From positions 1 through 27,135 of the IMG/VR virus record IMGVR_UViG_3300012041_000058: a DNA stretch of 27,135 nucleotides, one strand, 5' to 3'. A program made the translations under genes and the position numbers. Below, one piece after another: positions 24,445 through 27,135 of this stretch (positions are counted from its first letter, which is position 1; each line of letters begins with the position of its first letter). Origin of the DNA: a virus. Taxonomy: Duplodnaviria > Caudoviricetes. The notes under the pieces were generated by a model. It was not told where the DNA came from and did not search any database. It saw nothing but the letters and a program-made list of their open reading frames with translations.

Positions 24445-24954
24445 ATGACTAAAACTTGTTCTAAATGTGGCATCGAAAAGGATGCTACAGAATTTTACAA
24501 GACTTCTGGAAAAAGATGTAAGGTGTGTTACAATGCGAGATGCATTGCATACGCCAAACAAAATCCGGAAAAGAATAGAGAAAACGCTAAGCGGTGGTAT
24601 TATAAAAGCGAAGCGAATAGGCAATATTCTATTCGCAACTCTACGGAATGGCAAAACAATAATCGCGAACGTCGTAGTCTCAATGCTTTCAAGCGGTCTA
24701 TCTTAAAAAACTATAGTCTTACTTACGAAGATTACTGCAAGATGGTTGAAGAGCAAAATGGTGAATGTGCAATTTGCAGTATAACACCGAAGCGTCGTTT
24801 AGATGTAGACCACAATCATATTACCAACATGGTTCGGCAATTATTATGTAGTAATTGCAACACGGCAATCGGATTATTAAAAGAAGACGCTACGTTGTTC
24901 GCTAAAGCGCTTTCCTATCTCGAAAGACACAACAACCTCCAACAGTCCGGATAA
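24445..24954 (+). CDS. free-standing Endo VII-type (homing) endonuclease
   Basis: N-terminal KTCSKCG..K...EF zinc finger; CAIC...LDVDHNH....VR.LLC..CN.AIG. Confidence 0.9.
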   Translation: MTKTCSKCGIEKDATEFYKTSGKRCKVCYNARCIAYAKQNPEKNRENAKRWYYKSEANRQYSIRNSTEWQNNNRERRSLNAFKRSILKNYSLTYEDYCKMVEEQNGECAICSITPKRRLDVDHNHITNMVRQLLCSNCNTAIGLLKEDATLFAKALSYLERHNNLQQSG

Positions 24955-25017
24955 AGTAATCGCTTTACGCCGGGATGCTTGGACTTAACATCACTGCGGT
25001 GATGAGGAGAATACAAT

Positions 25018-25470
25018 ATGGCAAATTGGTACGACGACGTTCACACGACAAAGAAATTTAGACTAGGCACTGAGAAGAAGTCCGTGGGTGGAAATACCTA
25101 CCGCTATCTCAAGGGTGTCACAAGCTGTGCTGATGGTAGCTGGGTTAGTATTGCTGCTAGTGATGTTGCCGTTTTGGCGGTGGCAGACGCACAGGGTAAG
25201 CTAGCAGTCGCTAACGGGGCGGTTGACGCTGCAACGAAGTATGGCTGGTTTACGGTAGACGGTGAGGAAACGGCACTATGCTTAGCCTCCTTCGATGGTA
25301 CGAATGGTGCTGGAGTCTATCTCACAGCAACAGCTGGCTCGGTTGACGACGCCGACGTTGCTGGTGACGCGGTTATTGGGGCCATTGGTCTCACTGATCG
25401 AGACACTACAACCGGTATGGCTAACTTCCAGTTGAATCGTCCGTGGGTCGGCGATCTAGCAGTTGACTAA
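25018..25470 (+). CDS. probable capsid decoration/cement protein
   Basis: GAGGAG RBS; G..YRY.K and YGWF..G motifs; position after capsid. Confidence 0.6.
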   Translation: MANWYDDVHTTKKFRLGTEKKSVGGNTYRYLKGVTSCADGSWVSIAASDVAVLAVADAQGKLAVANGAVDAATKYGWFTVDGEETALCLASFDGTNGAGVYLTATAGSVDDADVAGDAVIGAIGLTDRDTTTGMANFQLNRPWVGDLAVD

Positions 25471-25480
25471 CGTTTAACTC

Positions 25481-25516
25481 GTGGGAGTTGGAGTAATCTG
25501 ACTCCCACATCTTTCT
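25481..25516 (+). terminator. intrinsic terminator-like hairpin
   Basis: GTGGGAGTTGGA-GTAA-TCTGACTCCCAC then ATCTTTCT. Confidence 0.6.
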
Positions 25517-25564
25517 GACTGCCGCAAGCACTCGGCTTGACGGTTCAGCATACAGGAGCAACTA

Positions 25565-26419
25565 ATGAGCAATCCAAGTTATATTCCTTTCGGACAGCGC
25601 GTAATCAACGCGGGTGGTGTACTTACCAACAAGTACAAAATGAATGGCATCCACGTCATCAACAAGACTGGTTCAGCAATTGCTATCGATAAGGTCGTTG
25701 CTGTTGTCGGTTTTGACACGACTACAGAACTACCCAAGATCGTCTTGGCCGATGCCAACGAACCCACACATCGCGATATCTACGTCACACTAGCGGCCAT
25801 CGCTAATGGCGCGGAAGGGCAAGTTTTTAAGGGCGGGCTTTCAAGCGCAGTTCTAAACACAAACTCCGCAACGACCGTTGGTGACCCAGTTTATCTAAGT
25901 GAGACAGCTGGTGGTTTTGTGCATACAGCTCCTTCCGGTGCTGTTGTAATTCCAATCGGTTGGGTGGCAACCAAGTCAGCAACCATTGGTGAAATCCATT
26001 GGCATATCGGCGAGGTCGAGGCTACTGGCGGTTCTGGTGTAGCAGCTACAGTCGCTGCGACTAACACGCTTACTTCTGCCGATAATGGAAAGACAATCTT
26101 CCTGAATTCAGCGACGGAGTTTGCAACAACGCTTCCCGCCCCGGCACTCGGACTAAACTTCACCTTTATCGTCGCTGCGGCTCCCTCTGGAGCTTCGTAT
26201 ACGATTGTCACAGCTGGTGCGACTGAAACTCTAGTCGGTGGTCAGCATGACGCAGGCGGTGCAGCCGGTGACGTTGAAAGCACCCTTGGTGGCACAACCA
26301 TTACCTTCGTTGATGGTCAGGCCAAGATTGGTGATACTGCGATGCTTTGGAGTGATGGCACAAACTGGTATACACGCATATTCACGAACGTGGCTGCCGG
26401 TGCAACAATTACTGGTTAA
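25565..26419 (+). CDS. virion structural protein (head fibre/decoration-like)
   Basis: AGGAG RBS; Ala/Gly/Thr-rich; GDPVYLS and TLPA...GL.FTFIV...SDGTNWY motifs. Confidence 0.65.
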   Translation: MSNPSYIPFGQRVINAGGVLTNKYKMNGIHVINKTGSAIAIDKVVAVVGFDTTTELPKIVLADANEPTHRDIYVTLAAIANGAEGQVFKGGLSSAVLNTNSATTVGDPVYLSETAGGFVHTAPSGAVVIPIGWVATKSATIGEIHWHIGEVEATGGSGVAATVAATNTLTSADNGKTIFLNSATEFATTLPAPALGLNFTFIVAAAPSGASYTIVTAGATETLVGGQHDAGGAAGDVESTLGGTTITFVDGQAKIGDTAMLWSDGTNWYTRIFTNVAAGATITG

Positions 26420-26434
26420 TAGGTAACTAGCATG

Positions 26435-26479
26435 AATAGGGAACCTCTTTCATTTGAAGGTCGTTCCCTATTTTTGTTT
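26435..26479 (+). terminator. intrinsic terminator
   Basis: AATAGGGAAC...GTTCCCTATT stem followed by a T-rich run. Confidence 0.7.
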
Positions 26480-26492
26480 ACAAGGAATTTAG

Positions 26493-26828
26493 ATGGCCAG
26501 ATACGTTATTTCAAATTTTAATGCCGGTAACTTCGAGAAGATTACGGTCGCTGGCACCTCCATTGGTATTACTAGCACGCTTTACACTAAAGATGCGGGC
26601 GGTGGTAAAGTTACCCACGCTTCTTCGGTGTTTCTTTCCATAGAAACGGAATCGGTCCGAATCAGATGGGATGGTGGGGCACCTACTTCAACAGATGGAC
26701 ATCTGTTGGTAGCTGGAGACTCAATAGAAATCGAAGGACGCGGTAACGTTAGAAATTTGCGGATGATCCGCATCACCAACAGTGCAACGGCTCATGTGAC
26801 AGTTCACTATGATCCGACTATTCAGTAA
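26493..26828 (+). CDS. hypothetical virion-associated protein
   Basis: AAGGA RBS; IRWDG.APT...GH.L..GD motif. Confidence 0.7.
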   Translation: MARYVISNFNAGNFEKITVAGTSIGITSTLYTKDAGGGKVTHASSVFLSIETESVRIRWDGGAPTSTDGHLLVAGDSIEIEGRGNVRNLRMIRITNSATAHVTVHYDPTIQ

Positions 26829-26838
26829 GGTATAAGAT

Positions 26839-27135
26839 ATGTCAGATAACGTAGCCATAACTTCGGGGTCTGGAACCACCATTGCATCAGATGACGTTGC
26901 GGGTGTTCAATACCCTAGAGTTAAACTTGCAGTAGGTGCTGACGGCACGGCAGTTGACGCCATCCCAGTAGTTGCCGCTCTGGATACTACTGCCACAGGG
27001 GTGCAGGCTGTTGGCGTCGTTGGACAGTTAGACGATGTTGCCACAAGCGCGGTTACCGAGAATCAGTTCGCTCCTGTTCGCATCTCTACACGACGGGCAC
27101 TCCTTGTTGAAGGCGTAGCCTCGGGAACAGCACAA
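26839..27135 (+). CDS. partial structural protein (runs off the window)
   Basis: MSDNVAITSGSGTTIASDDVAGVQYPRVKL... open to the window end. Confidence 0.7.
   Translation, partial: MSDNVAITSGSGTTIASDDVAGVQYPRVKLAVGADGTAVDAIPVVAALDTTATGVQAVGVVGQLDDVATSAVTENQFAPVRISTRRALLVEGVASGTAQ

Overview
A 27-kb segment of a tailed dsDNA phage (or prophage) genome with two divergent arms that meet at about 12.6-13.1 kb. The left arm (minus strand, visibly more GC-rich) holds many small early/accessory genes: a 2OG-Fe(II) dioxygenase-like protein, NADAR, a SLOG/'MoCo carrier' protein, a DIP1984/DUF6847-like protein and a lipoprotein/membrane pair. Its intergenic gaps are unusually full of structured RNA. These include a circularly permuted two-piece tmRNA, a 41-nt tRNA-Ala-type minihelix ending in CCA, a tRNA-like RNA with a 58-nt insertion in the anticodon loop, an 8/5-fold tRNA-like RNA, a ~100-nt pseudoknotted motif present twice with compensatory changes, and a ~400-nt RNA with an AAG-repeat tract. 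The right arm (plus strand) is the late module: terminase, portal, scaffold, a major capsid gene split by a 242-nt ORF-less group I intron, and head accessory genes. It also carries four free-standing HNH/Endo VII endonucleases, several with their own sigma70-type promoters. All structures were folded by eye and all family assignments come from motif recognition, not database searches.
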